DNA of 63,701 nt, counting the filler, from Actinomycetota bacterium (lineage in GTDB: Bacteria; Actinomycetota; CADDZG01; JAHWKV01; JAOPZY01): NCBI GenBank assembly GCA_025963875.1. It is 7 parts of 7 records of this genome, joined end to end, with 100 filler letters (N's around TTAATTAATTAA, not from the genome) between each part and the next. Parts side by side here need not be neighbours in the genome. Positions count along the whole stretch, not along the records: positions 18,796 to 25,707 come from JAOPZY010000208.1; positions 25,808 to 35,103 come from JAOPZY010000226.1; 5 more parts are not named here. The stretch is one strand, 5' to 3'. The notes below the pieces were generated by a model that saw only the letters and a list, made by a program, of their open reading frames with translations, ran no database searches and had not been told where the DNA came from. Positions 25,074 through 34,535 of the stretch are shown here, piece after piece. The translations under genes and the position numbers were made by a program. Numbering within the stretch: the first letter of the stretch is position 1; each line of letters begins with the position of its first letter.

Positions 25074-25631
25074 ATGAAGACACTGCGTACGGGTCTCACG
25101 GCCCTTGTCGGGGCGACTCTGCTGCTCGTCGCCCTCCCGGGCCTCGCCAGCGCCGCCACCACGGGCACCACCACCACCACCTTCACCCTGACCGGAGGGG
25201 CGATGAGCATCACCGTCCCGAGCACCACGGTCAACCTCGGCTCGGCGTCGGTTGCGGCGGGCTCCCTCACGGCCCAACTCGGAACCGTCAGCGTCAACGA
25301 CGGGCGTGGCCTGCTGTCCGGAGGATGGACTAGCTCCGTCACGGCGTCGAAATTCACCACAGGCGCCGCGACCGCGGCCGAGACCATCGCCGCCACTAAC
25401 GTCGACTACTGGTCCGGAGCGGCCACTGCAACATCCGGCCTCGGCATCCTCCTCGGCGGCCAGCTCACGTCAGTCCTGGCGGTCGTCGTGAACACCGCCC
25501 AGACGGCCTTCACCGGCGGCTCGCTCATCGGCAACAACACCGCCTCGTGGAACCCCACGCTGGTCGTCACCATCCCCGCCGCGGCGGTCGTCGGCACCTA
25601 CACCGGCACCGTCACCCATACCGTGGCGTGA
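25074..25631 (+). CDS. Secreted Thr-rich surface protein (WxL/fimbrial-like)
   Basis: Signal peptide; V.DGRG...GW; WNPTLVVTIP...GTYTGTVTHTV; AGAAAGG SD. Confidence 0.7.
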   Translation: MKTLRTGLTALVGATLLLVALPGLASAATTGTTTTTFTLTGGAMSITVPSTTVNLGSASVAAGSLTAQLGTVSVNDGRGLLSGGWTSSVTASKFTTGAATAAETIAATNVDYWSGAATATSGLGILLGGQLTSVLAVVVNTAQTAFTGGSLIGNNTASWNPTLVVTIPAAAVVGTYTGTVTHTVA

Positions 25632-25707
25632 ACGTGACCCGGGAAGCACTGCGCCGGGGACTCGTCGCTGCCACCCTGTTGATTGCCGGGCTCTCGGGCC
25701 CGGCAAT

Positions 25708-25807
25708 NNNNNNNNNNNNNNNNNNNNNNNNNNNNNNNNNNNNNNNNNNNNTTAATTAATTAANNNNNNNNNNNNNNNNNNNNNNNNNNNNNNNNNNNNN
25801 NNNNNNN
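25708..25807. other. Artificial contig linker
   Basis: N-run with TTAATTAATTAA. Confidence 0.99.
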
Positions 25808-25951
25808 GTCATCGACGGCGTCGAGTCGCCGGGCCACGTCGTGATCGAGGCCAACGAGCAACCCGGTCTGGCCAACCACGAGCCCCGGCCGACGGCGGCC
25901 CGCTTCGTCGACCTGCTGTTCCCGGCCACCGCCGCCCCTCGTCGGAAATGA
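25808..25951 (+). CDS. C-terminus of an ATP-grasp N-acetylglutaminylglutamine synthetase-like protein (partial)
   Basis: IEANEQPGLANHEPRPTAARFVDLLFP. Confidence 0.7.
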   Translation, partial: VIDGVESPGHVVIEANEQPGLANHEPRPTAARFVDLLFPATAAPRRK

Positions 25952-26005
25952 GCCGCGGATAGCATCAGCTTGGTCGTCTTTCGCGCGCCTGCGCGCGCTG
26001 GGCTC

Positions 26006-27523
26006 CTAACCTCTCGGCGGGCTGCCCGCTCCCCGGGTCTTGCGGACGACGGCCACGCCGACCCCGATGAGGCCCACGCCGAGCAAGCCGAGCAGCCCGA
26101 CCGGGAAGCGCACCCCGGTGACCGGGAGCGCCGGCCCCCTTGAGATGTTCGTGCCGAGCACCGAGGTGCTGGGTGTCGGGGTCGGTGTCGGCGGGGCGGG
26201 CGTCGTGACTGGGGCCACCACCGGGAGCAGTCCCACGTCTGTGTTCTCCGTCGAAGTGTTGTTCGCCAGGTTCGGGTCCGCCTCGCTTGCCTTCACGGTG
26301 GCGGTGTTGTGGGCCGTTCCGGGCAGCAAGGGCCCTGTGACGACAACGGTGGCGGTGACCGAGGCCCCCGAGGGCACGGAGCCCAGACCGCACGTGACCA
26401 CGCCGCCCGACTGGGTGCAGCTTCCCTGCCCCGAGCTTGCGGAGACGAACTGCACCCCGGCAGGCATGGTGTCGGTGAAGGTGGCGGCGGTGGCCGAACT
26501 CGGCCCGGCGTTTGAGACGAGGAAGTTGTAGGTGATCGCCTGCAGGATCCCGGCCCCCGCGGGGGCGGTCTGCGCCACCGACAGATCGGCGGTGGGGGAC
26601 TGGAAGAAGCACGGGGCGAGCTTCACGACCGTGGTGGACTGAGTCACGTAGAGGCAGCCGTCCGGCCCCACAGTAGCGAAGTCGCCCCGGCTCCCGCCAA
26701 CAGCCACGACGGAGACGGCATTGCGGTAGTTGGTGTCGATGCGGACGATGGTTCCGTCGTTGTCGTTGACGAAGACGTTGTTGGCGACGCCGCCGGGGGC
26801 GGTGCTCTGGGCGATCGCAATGCCGTCAACGCTGCGGCCCACGATGACGGTTGCCTGCGGGGGCCAGGTGGCCGTATTCGGACCGGGCCGGCCGTACTCC
26901 TGGACCGCGTCGAGGGTGCGGTTGGCGGCCCAGATGTGCTGGCCGTCGGCCGTCATGGCGATCCCGTCGAAGGCGGCCCCCGAGATGACGCGTGTCTTTA
27001 CCGGCGAGGTATCCGGGTCCTGTATCCGCCAGATTCCGTCGCCGGTGGCCACGTAGAGGTCGTTGGTCAGCGGGTCGCCGATCAGACCGTAGGCGACCCC
27101 GGGAAACGGGGCGATCAGTTTGCCGACCGCCAGCGTCGCAGGATCGAAGGAATAGACCCCATACCCGGTGGGGAGCGCGTCGGTCGTCGCGTAGTACTTG
27201 CCGTGCGAGAGGGCGAGATCGAGGTTCAGCAGGTTCTGGGAGATGGTTGCACCCGAAACAGGTCCACCGGCAGCGGGGAACTTGTACGTGCTCTTGTTGC
27301 AGAGATCGGTAGCGAAGAAGTTGGTGCCGTCCTGGATCAGGCCGACAGGCCCGATGCCGCCCGAGCATGTGGTGCCGAATCCGGTGGCGAAGTCGGTTCC
27401 GCCCGTAAGGGGGGCCAAGAAGTGGGTATATGCCTGGGCGGGCGCGCCGGCGACGAAGACCGATGCCGCAATAAGCGCCAGGACGACGAGCGGTCGGCTG
27501 ACGACCCCGAGAAGGTGCATCAC
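26006..27523 (-). CDS. Sortase-anchored beta-propeller + DUF11 surface protein, copy A
   Basis: Signal peptide, ADLSV..NAGPS..DPNLANN, PT linker, LPVTG + TM + basic tail. Confidence 0.85.
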   Translation of the reverse strand: MMHLLGVVSRPLVVLALIAASVFVAGAPAQAYTHFLAPLTGGTDFATGFGTTCSGGIGPVGLIQDGTNFFATDLCNKSTYKFPAAGGPVSGATISQNLLNLDLALSHGKYYATTDALPTGYGVYSFDPATLAVGKLIAPFPGVAYGLIGDPLTNDLYVATGDGIWRIQDPDTSPVKTRVISGAAFDGIAMTADGQHIWAANRTLDAVQEYGRPGPNTATWPPQATVIVGRSVDGIAIAQSTAPGGVANNVFVNDNDGTIVRIDTNYRNAVSVVAVGGSRGDFATVGPDGCLYVTQSTTVVKLAPCFFQSPTADLSVAQTAPAGAGILQAITYNFLVSNAGPSSATAATFTDTMPAGVQFVSASSGQGSCTQSGGVVTCGLGSVPSGASVTATVVVTGPLLPGTAHNTATVKASEADPNLANNTSTENTDVGLLPVVAPVTTPAPPTPTPTPSTSVLGTNISRGPALPVTGVRFPVGLLGLLGVGLIGVGVAVVRKTRGAGSPPRG

Positions 27524-27612
27524 CGTGCGCGTGGTTCGAGAAGCAGATCCGTGGCCCCCGGCATTGACGCTCTCCTTGGCTGGATGGGATGGCCCTGTCT
27601 ACATAGAAACGC

Positions 27613-29160
27613 CTAGCGGCTGCCCGCTCCCCGGGTCTTGCGGACGACGGCCACGCCGGCCCCGATGAGGCAGACGCCCAGCAGGCCAAGCAGCCCGAGC
27701 GGGAAGCCCACCCCGGTGACCGGAAGGGCAGGCCCCCTTGAGATATTCGTGCCAAGTACCGAGGTGCTGGGCGTCGGTGTCGGCAGCGGCGGGGGGGTGG
27801 GCGTCGTGACCGGGGCCACGACGGGAAGCAGTCCCACGTCGGTGCTCGACGTCGAGGTGTTGTTCGCCAGGTTCGGGTCCGCCTCGCTTGCCTTCACGGT
27901 GGCGGTGTTATGGATGGTTCCTGGAAGCAAGGGCCCGGTGACGGCAACCGTGGCGGTGACCGAGCTCCCCGAAGGCACGGAGCCCAGATCGCACGTGACG
28001 ACGCCGCCCGTTTGGGTGCAGCTTCCCTGCCCCGAGCTTGCCGAGACGAACTGCACCCCGGCAGGCAGGGTGTCGGTGAAGGTGGCAGCCGTGCCCGCAC
28101 TCGGGCCGGCATTGGAGACGAGGAAGTTGTAGGTGATCGGCTGCAGGACCCCGACCGCCGCGGGGGCGGTCTGCACCACCGACAGGTCGGCGGTCGGGGA
28201 CTGGAAGAAGCACGGAGCCAGCTTGACGACCTTATCGGTCTGGGTCACGTAGAAACAGCCGTCCGGCCCCACCGTGGCGAAGTCACCCCGGGACCCTCCC
28301 GAAGCCACGACCGAGACCGCATTCTTGTTGTTGGTGTCGATGCGGACGATGGTTCCGTTGTTGTCGTTGACAAAGACGTTGTTGGCGACGCCTCCCGGGG
28401 CGGTGCCCTGGGCGATCGCGATGCCGTCGGGGCCGCCGCTCACTGGGACGCTCGCCTGCATCGGCAGGTTGATGGGACTGGGTCGGCCGAACTCTTGGAC
28501 CACGTTGCGGCTGGGGATGGCGGCCCAGATGTGCTGGCCGTCCGCTGAGATCGCGATCCCGTCGAACGTGCCCCCCGAGACGACCTGCGTCACCACGGGC
28601 GAGGTGTCCGGGTCTTGCACCCGCCAGATCCCGTTGCCGGTATCCACATACAGGTCGTTGGACAGTGGATCGCCGATGACGCCATAGGCGGTCTGGGGAA
28701 ACGCGTGGACCAGGTGCCCGAGTGCCAGCGTCGCAGGATCGAAGGTCCAGAGGCCTCGGGTGGGGAGGTCGGTGGTCGCGTAGTACTTGCCGTGCGAAAC
28801 GGCGAGATCGAGGTCCAGCGAGTTGTGGACAACCATCGCACCGGACGCGGGCCCTCCGGTGGCCGGGAACTTGTAGGTGCTGTGGTTGCAGATGTCCGTG
28901 GCGAAGAAGTTGGTGCCATCCTGAATGAGGCCGACCGGACCGGTGCCCCCAATGCCCCCACATGCGGGGAATCCGGTAGCGAAGTCGGTTCCCCCCGTGA
29001 TCGGGGCCGAGAAGTTCGTATACGCCTGGGTGGGCGCGCTGCCGACGACGAAGACCGATGCCGCAACGAGGGCCAGGACGACGAGCGGCCGTCTGACCAC
29101 CGCGAGCAGGTGCATCACCGTGCGCGTGCTTCGAGAAAGCAGATCCGTGGCCCCCGGCAT
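27613..29160 (-). CDS. Sortase-anchored beta-propeller + DUF11 surface protein, copy B
   Basis: Close paralog of copy A with the same architecture. Confidence 0.85.
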   Translation of the reverse strand: MPGATDLLSRSTRTVMHLLAVVRRPLVVLALVAASVFVVGSAPTQAYTNFSAPITGGTDFATGFPACGGIGGTGPVGLIQDGTNFFATDICNHSTYKFPATGGPASGAMVVHNSLDLDLAVSHGKYYATTDLPTRGLWTFDPATLALGHLVHAFPQTAYGVIGDPLSNDLYVDTGNGIWRVQDPDTSPVVTQVVSGGTFDGIAISADGQHIWAAIPSRNVVQEFGRPSPINLPMQASVPVSGGPDGIAIAQGTAPGGVANNVFVNDNNGTIVRIDTNNKNAVSVVASGGSRGDFATVGPDGCFYVTQTDKVVKLAPCFFQSPTADLSVVQTAPAAVGVLQPITYNFLVSNAGPSAGTAATFTDTLPAGVQFVSASSGQGSCTQTGGVVTCDLGSVPSGSSVTATVAVTGPLLPGTIHNTATVKASEADPNLANNTSTSSTDVGLLPVVAPVTTPTPPPLPTPTPSTSVLGTNISRGPALPVTGVGFPLGLLGLLGVCLIGAGVAVVRKTRGAGSR

Positions 29161-29293
29161 TGACGGTCTCCTTGGTCGCGAAATGGAACGGCCCTGTCTA
29201 CATATAAACGCCTAGCCCGAGACAAACCCCACTACGGTCGGATCACCAAAAACGGGGGACCCTCGGAAACCTCGCTCCGCCGGTCCGGCTAAC

Positions 29294-29330
29294 TTGCCAA
29301 GCAATTGTCAATATGACAGGCTCTTGTCAT
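29294..29330 (+). promoter_or_regulatory. Twin palindromic operator and probable leaderless promoter of the MarR gene
   Basis: TTGCCA-N6-TGTCAA followed by ATGACA-N6-TGTCAT overlapping the ATG. Confidence 0.6.
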
Positions 29331-29829
29331 GTCGCCCAAGGACGGTTGGACGCCGAAAGGCAAGGTGGCGACGGACGTCGTCCTCCGCACGTTCCGAGCG
29401 AATGGCCTCTTCCTGGCCGCCGGCGACCTGCTCGCAGCCGAAGAGGGACTGACCGCGGCGCGGTGGCAGGTGCTCGGCGCCGTGGGGGTGGAGGGGCGGC
29501 CGCTCACCGTTCCGCAGATCGCCCGGCGCATGGGCCTGACCCGGCAGGCGGTGCAGGCGTCGGTCAACCGGCTGCTCGGCGAGGGACTCGCCGAAGCGGG
29601 CGAGAACCCCGATCACCGCCGCTCGCCACTTATCCGCATGACGGAGGTCGGCAGCAGGAAGTACGCAGCAATCCAGAAGCGGCAAGCCGTGTGGGTCAAC
29701 CAGCTCGCCGCCGGTCTCAAGCGCTCCGAGCTGGTGACCACGGCCCGCGTGCTCCAGGAACTGAGCAACAGGCTCGACAGAGACCGGCTCGACAATGAAA
29801 GGAGAGGTGACGACCATGAAACTCCGTGA
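29329..29829 (+). CDS. MarR-family regulator
   Basis: GLTAARWQVLG, TVPQIARRMGLTRQAVQ, NPDHRRS. Confidence 0.92.
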   Translation: MSPKDGWTPKGKVATDVVLRTFRANGLFLAAGDLLAAEEGLTAARWQVLGAVGVEGRPLTVPQIARRMGLTRQAVQASVNRLLGEGLAEAGENPDHRRSPLIRMTEVGSRKYAAIQKRQAVWVNQLAAGLKRSELVTTARVLQELSNRLDRDRLDNERRGDDHETP

Positions 29830-30181
29830 GATGGATGAGCACACCACCTACCTGGAGCAACTGCAGGAGGACGACGGCCCGGTTGTCCTGTTCAACCAGT
29901 TCGACGTGCCCCCCGAGGACGCCGAGCGCTTCCTCGAGGTCTGGGCGGACGACGCCGCCTTCATGAAGCAGCAGCCGGGCTTTATTTCCACCCAGCTCCA
30001 CCGTGGCAGCGCCGGAAGCAGCACGTTCATGAATGTGGCCGTCTGGGAGTCCGCAAAGGCGCTCGGCCAGGCGTTCCGTTCCCCTGAGTTCCAGGCGCGG
30101 GCGGCGCGCTACCCCGACGGCGCTGTCGCCGTACCCCACGTCTTCAAGAAGGTCGCCGTCCCGGGGATCTGTGTGTCCTGA
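29816..30181 (+). CDS. Antibiotic biosynthesis monooxygenase family protein
   Basis: QPGFISTQLHRG, NVAVWES. Confidence 0.88.
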   Translation: MKLREMDEHTTYLEQLQEDDGPVVLFNQFDVPPEDAERFLEVWADDAAFMKQQPGFISTQLHRGSAGSSTFMNVAVWESAKALGQAFRSPEFQARAARYPDGAVAVPHVFKKVAVPGICVS

Positions 30182-30248
30182 GGGCCCGCGCCGAAGTCTG
30201 CTCGGTTCCGGCACCCGCCGGCAGCGGCACGATCGCCCAACTGCAACC

Positions 30249-30295
30249 TTCTTTGTATGAATAAACATGAAAATCATGCTTCATCATACAAAGAA
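30249..30295. repeat. Third copy of the 12-23-12 inverted repeat
   Basis: TTCTTTGTATGA 30249-30260 / TCATACAAAGAA 30284-30295. Confidence 0.9.
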
Positions 30296-30355
30296 GCCCA
30301 CGTTGCTCGGCGGTTCGGGAAAGCCAGACCCCGGAATGCTCACCATTGCGCGTGA
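30257..30355 (+). pseudogene. 5' remnant of an AbiEi/DUF559 gene, copy 3
   Basis: MNKHENHASSYKEAHVAR versus [18 protein letters not shown] (copy 1) and MNTSHNGIFSHKEAQLGR (copy 2). Confidence 0.65.
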
Positions 30356-30553
30356 GCCTGCGAGGCCGGTTTTGATGTAGTGCGCAGCGGAGATGCGCCG
30401 CCCGACGGAGCGGCCTGCTTCCGGCTACCTGGAATGGCGCCCTGCAGTCCTCCGGAGGGAACGGTTGGGCGCTGACCGTGGCGACAGGGGGTACCGGCTT
30501 CCTCATGATCGAGGCATGGCAATTCACCGACGTTCGACTGGATGGGGGAGTTG

Positions 30554-31459
30554 ATGATGTCCAAGATCGCGTTTTTGGGCCTGGGCCAGATGGGGACGCC
30601 GATGGCTGCCCGCCTGCTGGCGGCCGGCCACGACGTCACCGTATGGGACCGCACGCCCGAGCGAGCCACACCGCTGGTCGATCGGGGCGCCGTCGCCACG
30701 GCCTCCCCGGCCGAGGCAGCGGCGGGCGTGGACGTCGCCATCACGATGCTGGCGACGCCGGATGCTCTCGAGCAGGTCGTGTTCGGCGACGAGGGCCTCG
30801 CTCTTGGCCTCGGTCCCGGGCAGGTCTTCGTCGACATGTCCACGGTCGGACCCCGGACGGTGGGCGAGGTGAGAGCCCGGCTGCGACATGGTGTGTCAAT
30901 GGTGGATGCCCCGGTACGGGGCAGCGTCCCGCAGGCCACCGGGGGCAGCCTCGACATCTTCGTCGGGGCCACCGACGATGACTTCGAGCGGGTCCGGCCC
31001 ATCCTGGAGTCGCTCGGCAGCGTGCGCCACGTCGGCGGCCCGGGGTCGGGAGCGGCGATGAAGCTGGTGGCCAATGCGACGCTCGGCGCCTCGATCGTGG
31101 CCTTCGGTGAGGCCCTGGCACTCGGGACGTCGCTCGGGCTCGACCGTGGGCCCGTCCTGGATGTCCTGGCCCAGTCCCCGATCGGGCCCGCCGTCGCCGC
31201 CAAGCGGGCGATGGTGGAGGCCAACCGCTATCCGCCGAGCTTCAAGCTCCGGCATGCGGCGAAGGACATGCGCCTCGTCGTCGAGGCGGGCGAGGCCGCG
31301 GCCCTCGACCTGCGGGAGGCGTCCGCTGCGCGGGCCTGGCTGGACGAGGCGGCCGAGCAGGGCGCGGCCGACCTGGACTACGCCGCGGTCGTCGCCACGA
31401 TCCTCGGCGAAGTGCCGGCACTCCCTTCCGAAGGTCGAACCGCCAGGCAGGGAGACTGA
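30554..31459 (+). CDS. 3-hydroxyisobutyrate dehydrogenase-family NAD(P) oxidoreductase
   Basis: FLGLGQMG, DMST, DAPVRG, MKLVAN, KDM. Confidence 0.9.
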   Translation: MMSKIAFLGLGQMGTPMAARLLAAGHDVTVWDRTPERATPLVDRGAVATASPAEAAAGVDVAITMLATPDALEQVVFGDEGLALGLGPGQVFVDMSTVGPRTVGEVRARLRHGVSMVDAPVRGSVPQATGGSLDIFVGATDDDFERVRPILESLGSVRHVGGPGSGAAMKLVANATLGASIVAFGEALALGTSLGLDRGPVLDVLAQSPIGPAVAAKRAMVEANRYPPSFKLRHAAKDMRLVVEAGEAAALDLREASAARAWLDEAAEQGAADLDYAAVVATILGEVPALPSEGRTARQGD

Positions 31460-31556
31460 CCATGTGCGAACACCGCATCTCCGTCTGGTCCGGGAAGGTC
31501 GTAGCTCCGGCGAAGCGGGCTGCTCTCATGTTCGTGATCCCGACACTGTCACGCAC

Positions 31557-32810
31557 ATGATCCTCGCCCTCGTTGCCGACCGGACCGCCCCCGCCGAGCT
31601 GCGCTCACGGCTCGCCTACGACGAGCTGGCGCAGCGGAGCCTGCTCGACGCCGACCGGCCCGGGGTCGGCGAGCTGGCCATTCTCTGCACGTGCCACCGG
31701 ACCGAGGTCTACTTCACCTCCGTGGGGACCGGTTCGGAGGCGGTGCACGGCGTTGCGGGCATCCTGCCGGGCCTCCTGCCGACCGACGTGGCGGACCTCC
31801 AGGTCATGGAGGGCCTGGAGGCCGTGGAGCACCTGTTCAGGGTGACGTCCGGCCTCGACTCCCGTGTGGTCGGCGAACCCCAGGTGCTCGGCCAGGTTCG
31901 GCGTGCCTACGTCCTTGCCAGGGACATGGGATCGACCGGGCCCGCCCTTGCCAACATCTTCGGCCGGGCGATCCGGCTGGGCAGGCAGGTGCGCAACGGC
32001 ACCGCGCTGGGACGCATCGGCCAGAGCACCGGCTCCATCGCTGCGGACCACCTCCGGCAGCGGCTGGGAGGCCTCGCCGGACGCGCCGGCGTCGTCGTGG
32101 GCGCGGGCGAGGCAGCGACCGACGCGGCCGAGCGCCTTGCCAAGTTGGGGGCCCGCCTGTCGGTCGTGAGCCGCACCAAGGCCTCGGCCGCAAAGCTCGC
32201 CGAGCAGCTGGACGCCCCTGCCTACGCTCTCCGGGACCTCGCTGCCGTCCTGGACAAGAGCGAGTTCGCCGTCGTGGCGGTCTCGGGAGGCGTCCTCGTG
32301 CGCCCCCGGCACCTCCCGGTGCGCAGCGCCGGCGAGCCCTTCGTCATGGTCGACCTCTCCGTGCCCCGGGCGGTGGATGTCGGCGGGCGCACGGACGTGG
32401 ACCTGCGCAGCCTCGAGGAGATCCGCGGTCCGGAGGGTCCGGATATCGCAGCCGCCGTGACGGCTGCGGACCTGATGGTCGCCGCCGAGGTTGCCCGCCT
32501 CGCGCAGTGGCTGGAGAGCAGGGAGTCCGGCCCTGCCATCCGCCGGCTCCGGGAGCGGGCGGGATCGCTGGTCACCGACGAGGTGGCCCGCGCAGTCTCG
32601 GGCCTCGACCTGCCCGAGCCGGCGAGGGCCCGGATCGAGGCGCTCGGGATGCGCATCGCCAACAAACTCCTCCATGGTCCGACGACGGCGCTCCGGGACG
32701 CAGACGATGCGACGCGGACGGCCATCATGCGGATGTTCGGCCTGGACGAAGCCTCGCGGGACGGCCGGGATGTCGGAACTCCCACTCCTCTGATGAATTC
32801 TTCCAGGTAG
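31557..32810 (+). CDS. hemA: Glutamyl-tRNA reductase
   Basis: TCHRTE, HLFRVTSGLDS, GEPQVLGQ, GAGE, DLSVPR, NKLLHGP. Confidence 0.88.
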   Translation: MILALVADRTAPAELRSRLAYDELAQRSLLDADRPGVGELAILCTCHRTEVYFTSVGTGSEAVHGVAGILPGLLPTDVADLQVMEGLEAVEHLFRVTSGLDSRVVGEPQVLGQVRRAYVLARDMGSTGPALANIFGRAIRLGRQVRNGTALGRIGQSTGSIAADHLRQRLGGLAGRAGVVVGAGEAATDAAERLAKLGARLSVVSRTKASAAKLAEQLDAPAYALRDLAAVLDKSEFAVVAVSGGVLVRPRHLPVRSAGEPFVMVDLSVPRAVDVGGRTDVDLRSLEEIRGPEGPDIAAAVTAADLMVAAEVARLAQWLESRESGPAIRRLRERAGSLVTDEVARAVSGLDLPEPARARIEALGMRIANKLLHGPTTALRDADDATRTAIMRMFGLDEASRDGRDVGTPTPLMNSSR

Positions 32811-32850
32811 CAGGGGTGTGGACGGGTGCCTGGCGTGCAATGGTGACGTG

Positions 32851-33231
32851 ATGAGCGTCCGTTGCCTGGTTGTGGACGACAGCCAAGCCTTTCTTCAGGC
32901 TGCCCGCAGGATTTTGGAGCGTGGAGGAATGACGGTCGTCGGAGCGACGACGTCGAGCGCGGAGGCTCTCGTTCGAGTCAATGAGACCAATCCGGATGTC
33001 GTGCTCGTCGACATCATGCTCGGATCGGAGAGCGGTTTCGATCTTGCCCTGAAGCTGACGACCGCACCGCAAACAAGGCAAGCCGCCGTCATCCTGATCT
33101 CGACCCACGGCGAGGACGACTTCAGGGATCTCATCGCAGCGAGCCCTGCCATCGGGTTCCTCCCCAAGTGGAGGCTCTCGGCGAGGGCGATCGAGGACCT
33201 GCTGGGACAACCTGGGGATGCCGTCGAGTAG
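32851..33231 (+). CDS. Single-domain response regulator
   Basis: LVVDD, PDVVLVDI, ILIST, FLPK. Confidence 0.85.
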   Translation: MSVRCLVVDDSQAFLQAARRILERGGMTVVGATTSSAEALVRVNETNPDVVLVDIMLGSESGFDLALKLTTAPQTRQAAVILISTHGEDDFRDLIAASPAIGFLPKWRLSARAIEDLLGQPGDAVE

Positions 33232-33358
33232 TGTGGCCTTTGACAGGCAGATCCGTCTGATATTCAATGGGTCGCTTAGACATTTTGTTGCCTTCCGCTG
33301 AACCGAGGTTTTAGGTTCGGTTCACTCCCGCCCGGGGCTAAAGCTGGATCTCACCTCA

Positions 33359-34534
33359 ATGCCGACTTCACGTTGGTTCGCAGTCGGGGCCGCCGGCGAG
33401 TCCGAGCGGGAAGCGGGCCTGCGTGCCGCTGACGAAGCGCTGGTGCACGACGACGCAAAGCTCCTGGTCGCCTTCTGCTCCCAGTCGTACGACCTTCCGG
33501 CCCTGGCTTCGCAGATCTGCACCCGTTCGGGAGGCGTGCCCCTCATCGGATGCACGACGGCCGGCGAGATCGCCACGAGCGGCCCCCGGGAGGCCAGCGT
33601 CGTCGTGGCGGCCCTCGGCGGAGACGGATTCGTGATCGAGACGGCCGTCGCCACCGGCGCGTCGAACGACCTGCGGGCCGCGGGGGCGCACGTGGCACGC
33701 TGCCTGCCCTCGCCCGAGGATCATCCCTACCGAGCGCTGCTGTTGCTGACGGACGGCCTCGCCGGCGATCAGCAGGAGATCATCCGCGGCGCCTACGGGG
33801 TGCTGGGCGCCGCCGTCCCGCTGGTCGGCGGCTGCGCGGGTGACGACCTCGAGATGACGAGGACGTTCCAGCTGTATGACCATCAGGTGCTGACCGACTC
33901 GGTGGTCGCGGCCGGCATCGCCTCCGACGCTGCGATCGGGATCGGCGTGCGGCACGGCTGGCAGAGGGTTGGCAAGCCGATGCTGGTGACGCGCAGCGGG
34001 GGCAATCGGGTCTACGCGCTCGATGACCGGCCGGCTCTCGACGTCTACCTGGAGCAATCCGGCGCGGTCGGGTCCGAACGCTCGAACGCGGGGGCGTTCA
34101 TCCGCCTCGCGATGACCCACCCCCTGGGGCTGACCCTGGGGCTGAGCGGCAATACCGGCGAGGAGCAGGTGCGCTACATCGGCGGCGCCGACTTCGCCGA
34201 CCGCTCGCTGTCCTGCATCGCGGAGGTCCCGCAGGGCGGCCTGGTCTGGATCATGGGAGGGGACGCCGAATCGGTGCTCCGGGCAACTGACGCCGCCTGC
34301 GGCGACTCGCTCGCCGCCCTCGAGGGTCACCCGCCGCTCGGAATGTTTGCCTTCGACTGCATTGGCAGACGCGGCGTGCTCGGAGACGAGGGGATCCAAG
34401 TGGAGGTCGACCGGCTCGCGGCAAATGGTGGCGGGGCGCCGGTGGCGGGCTTCTATACCTACGGGGAGATCGCCCGCACGCGGGGGATGCGTGGCTTCCA
34501 CAACCAGGCCCTGGTCGTGCTGGCGATCGCCTGA
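33359..34534 (+). CDS. FIST-domain sensory protein
   Basis: GCTTAGEI, GGCAGD, FDCIGR, GFYTYGEI, FHNQ. Confidence 0.92.
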   Translation: MPTSRWFAVGAAGESEREAGLRAADEALVHDDAKLLVAFCSQSYDLPALASQICTRSGGVPLIGCTTAGEIATSGPREASVVVAALGGDGFVIETAVATGASNDLRAAGAHVARCLPSPEDHPYRALLLLTDGLAGDQQEIIRGAYGVLGAAVPLVGGCAGDDLEMTRTFQLYDHQVLTDSVVAAGIASDAAIGIGVRHGWQRVGKPMLVTRSGGNRVYALDDRPALDVYLEQSGAVGSERSNAGAFIRLAMTHPLGLTLGLSGNTGEEQVRYIGGADFADRSLSCIAEVPQGGLVWIMGGDAESVLRATDAACGDSLAALEGHPPLGMFAFDCIGRRGVLGDEGIQVEVDRLAANGGGAPVAGFYTYGEIARTRGMRGFHNQALVVLAIA

Positions 34535-34535
34535 G

